From Leucoraja ocellata (lineage: Eukaryota), in contig JAWMAR010000471.1 of assembly GCA_036785375.1 (NCBI GenBank), positions 1,116,001 through 1,180,000 of the forward strand: a DNA stretch of 64,000 bases, in the 5' to 3' direction. The notes beneath the pieces were generated by a model. That model did no database searches, was not told the DNA's origin, and saw only the letters and a program-made list of their open reading frames with translations. Position numbers and translations under genes: made by a program. Positions 61,525 to 64,000 of the stretch are shown here, in pieces. Position 1 is the first letter of the stretch; every line of letters begins with the position of its first letter.

Positions 61525-64000
61525 GGGGATTGAGGGGGGATCTTATAGAAACTTACAAAATTTTAAGGGGTTGGACAGGCTAGATGCAGGAAGATTGTTC
61601 CCGATGTTGGGGAAGTCCAGGACAAGGGGTCACAACTTAAGGATAAGGGGGAAATCCTTTAAAACCGAGATGAGAAGAACTTTTTCCACACAGAGAGTGG
61701 TGACACTCTGGAACTCTCTGCCACAGAGGGTAGTTGAGGCCAGTTCATTGGCTATATTTAAGAGGGAGTTAGATGTGGCCCATGTGGCTAAGGGGATCAG
61801 GGTGTATGGAGAGAAGGCAGGTACGGGATACTGAGTTGGATGATCAGCCATGATCATATTGGATGGCGGTGCAGGCTCGAAGGGCCGAATGGCCTACTCC
61901 TGCACCTAATTGCTATGTTTCTATGTTTCTATGTTTCCTGGCACTGTACATGCTGTAGCTGCGACCAATTGGGAGCTGGGTGATTTCCCTGCAGTCCAAG
62001 AATCCCTGTCACTCGGTAGCTCTGTTACCATCATCATTGATCCAAATATGTTAAGAACTATTATATTTCATCCATTGCGGTTATGGTGCTGGCGTCAGAA
62101 CCAAAGATCCTATAGCGGAACAAATGGATCACTCCTAATTTGGGGAAAGACATCCTTGCTCTGGAATGAGTGTCGCGTACGTTCAAGGTAATCCCCGGTA
62201 TGGCGGGACTGTCATATGAGGAAAGGTGGGAAGGACTGGTCTTGTATTCACAGGAATTTAGAAGGATGAGAGGGCATCTTGCTGAAACAGAAAGAATCAT
62301 AAAAGGACTGGTCAATCTAGATGCAGGAACAATGGTCCAAATGCTTGAGTGGCCCAGAACCAGAGTCCACAGTCGAAGATTAAAGGGGAGGGCATTTCAA
62401 ACTCAGATGAAAAAACGATTTTTCATCCAGACAGTTGTGAGTTTCTGGAATGATTTGTCACAGAAGGCAGTGGAGGCAATTCATTGGATGGAATGAAAAG
62501 AGAGCGAGATTGAGCTCTTGGGGCTGCGAGAATCAATAGGCAGGAGGAAAAGACAGGCCTTGGTTACAGATAGTGGATGAGCAGCCATGGTCAATGTGCA
62601 TGGTCAACTGCGAGCGGGGTGCGAGGGGGGGGGGGCGGGAATACTGAGGTCAAATTATTTGAATGCGCGACGTATAAGAAATAAAGTGGACAAGCTTGAG
62701 GCTCATTTAGAAATTGGCAAGTATGATGTTGTGGGAAATACTGAGACATGGCTGCAAGAGGGCCAGGGCTGGTAACTGAATATTCAATCGTATGCCTCAT
62801 ATTGAAAAGGCAGACAGGTTCAAGTTCAAGTCAAGTTCAAGTGAGTTTATTGTAATGTGTCCCTGTATAGGACAATGAAACTCTTGCTTTGCTGAAGCAC
62901 ACAGAACATAGTAGGCATTTACTACAAAACAGATAAATGTGTCCATATACATTGATCTAAATATATACACACATGAATAAATAAATGTTAAAGTGCAAAT
63001 AACAGAAAGTGGTTGTTAATACTCAGAGTTTTGTCCGAGCCAGGTTCAATAGCCTGATGGCTGAGGGGAATTAGCTATTCCTGAACCTGGTTGTTGCAGA
63101 CTTCAGGCTCCTGTACCTTCTACCTGAAGGTAGCAGGGAGATGAGTGTGTGGCCAGGATGGTGTGGGTCTTTGAAAATACTGCCAGCCTTTTTGAGGCAG
63201 CGACTGAGATAAAACCCCTCGATGGAAGGAAGGTCAGAGCCGATGATGGACTGGGCAGTGTTTACTCCTTTGTAAAGTAGTGTGGGCAGAGGGCGTGGGG
63301 TGAGTCTGTTGGTGAGGAATGAAATTCAGTCCCTTGCAAGGGGTAACATTGAAACAGGAGATGTGGAGTCATTATGGATAGAACTAAAGATTTATAAGGG
63401 TATAAAGACTTGGGCTCTTAGTGGGACTAATCTACCGGCCCCAAAAGGGTAGCCTGGGCATAAGGTGCGTTGAATCAGGAGTTAAAATTGGCATGTAGCA
63501 AAGGTAATGCTGTGGTTGTTATGGGAGATTTCAACATGTAGGTAGACTGGGAAAATCAGGTTAGTACTGGATCCCAAGAAAGGGACTTTGTACAGTGTCT
63601 TCATGATGGATTGTTTGAGCAGCTTATATTGGAGCCTACCAGGGAGAAGGCAATTTTGGAGTTAGTGTTATGTGATGAACTGGATTTGATAAAGGAACTC
63701 GAGGTTAATGAGCCATTAGAAGGAAGTGGCCATAATATGGTCAGGTTTAATATACAATGGGAGAGGGAGAAGGATAGGTCGGAGGAGTCAGGGTTACAGT
63801 TGAATAAAGGTTACTATCGTGCCATGAAGGAGGAACTGGCCAAAGTTGACTGTAAAGATACCCTAGCAAGCATGGATGACAGTGGAACAACAATGGCAGG
63901 TATTTCCAAGAATAATACAGAAGGTGCAGGATCAGTTCATTCCTTGGAGGAAGAAACATTCCAAGGACAATAGGGGGCGACCGTGGCTGACAAGTGACGT
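61525..64000 (+). mobile_element. CR1 fragments (3' ends at 61525-61935 and 62120-62600; APE region from ~62640) with a Rex-Babar-like insert at ~62818-63275
   Basis: YLNARRIRNK..YDVVG.TETW, MGDFN and EPTREKAIL.LV motifs; caagttcaagtcaag tail of the inserted element. Confidence 0.8.

Overview
Vertebrate genomic DNA, most likely from a cartilaginous fish (skate/ray/shark). The assignment rests on NAR-type V genes, V-SINEs, dense CR1 LINEs and Penelope fragments; there are four N-gaps. Two gene classes are interleaved in a repeatedly duplicated unit. (1) T-cell receptor V segments with recombination signal sequences (RSS) resembling a NAR-TCR cassette: one NAR-type V with leader exon, FR1 Cys and 22-bp-spacer RSS (10586-11102), three leaderless 'supporting' TCR-delta-like V copies with a CDR1 Cys and 23-RSS (one intact, two frameshifted), and two truncated/chimeric V relics. 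(2) Four intact two-exon class-A GPCR genes of GPR139/GPR142-like type. Their small first exons, missed by the ORF track, were located here; the receptors differ mainly in the extracellular loops. A 15-17 kb inverted duplication (about 17122-32299 vs 42830-59910) dominates the window, and reciprocal TE insertions allow the duplications to be ordered. No D, J or C segment could be recognised. The rest is CR1, L2, Tx1/L1, Rex-Babar, Penelope (with hammerhead-like cores) and SINE debris, and most of the ORF track is TE-derived or spurious.
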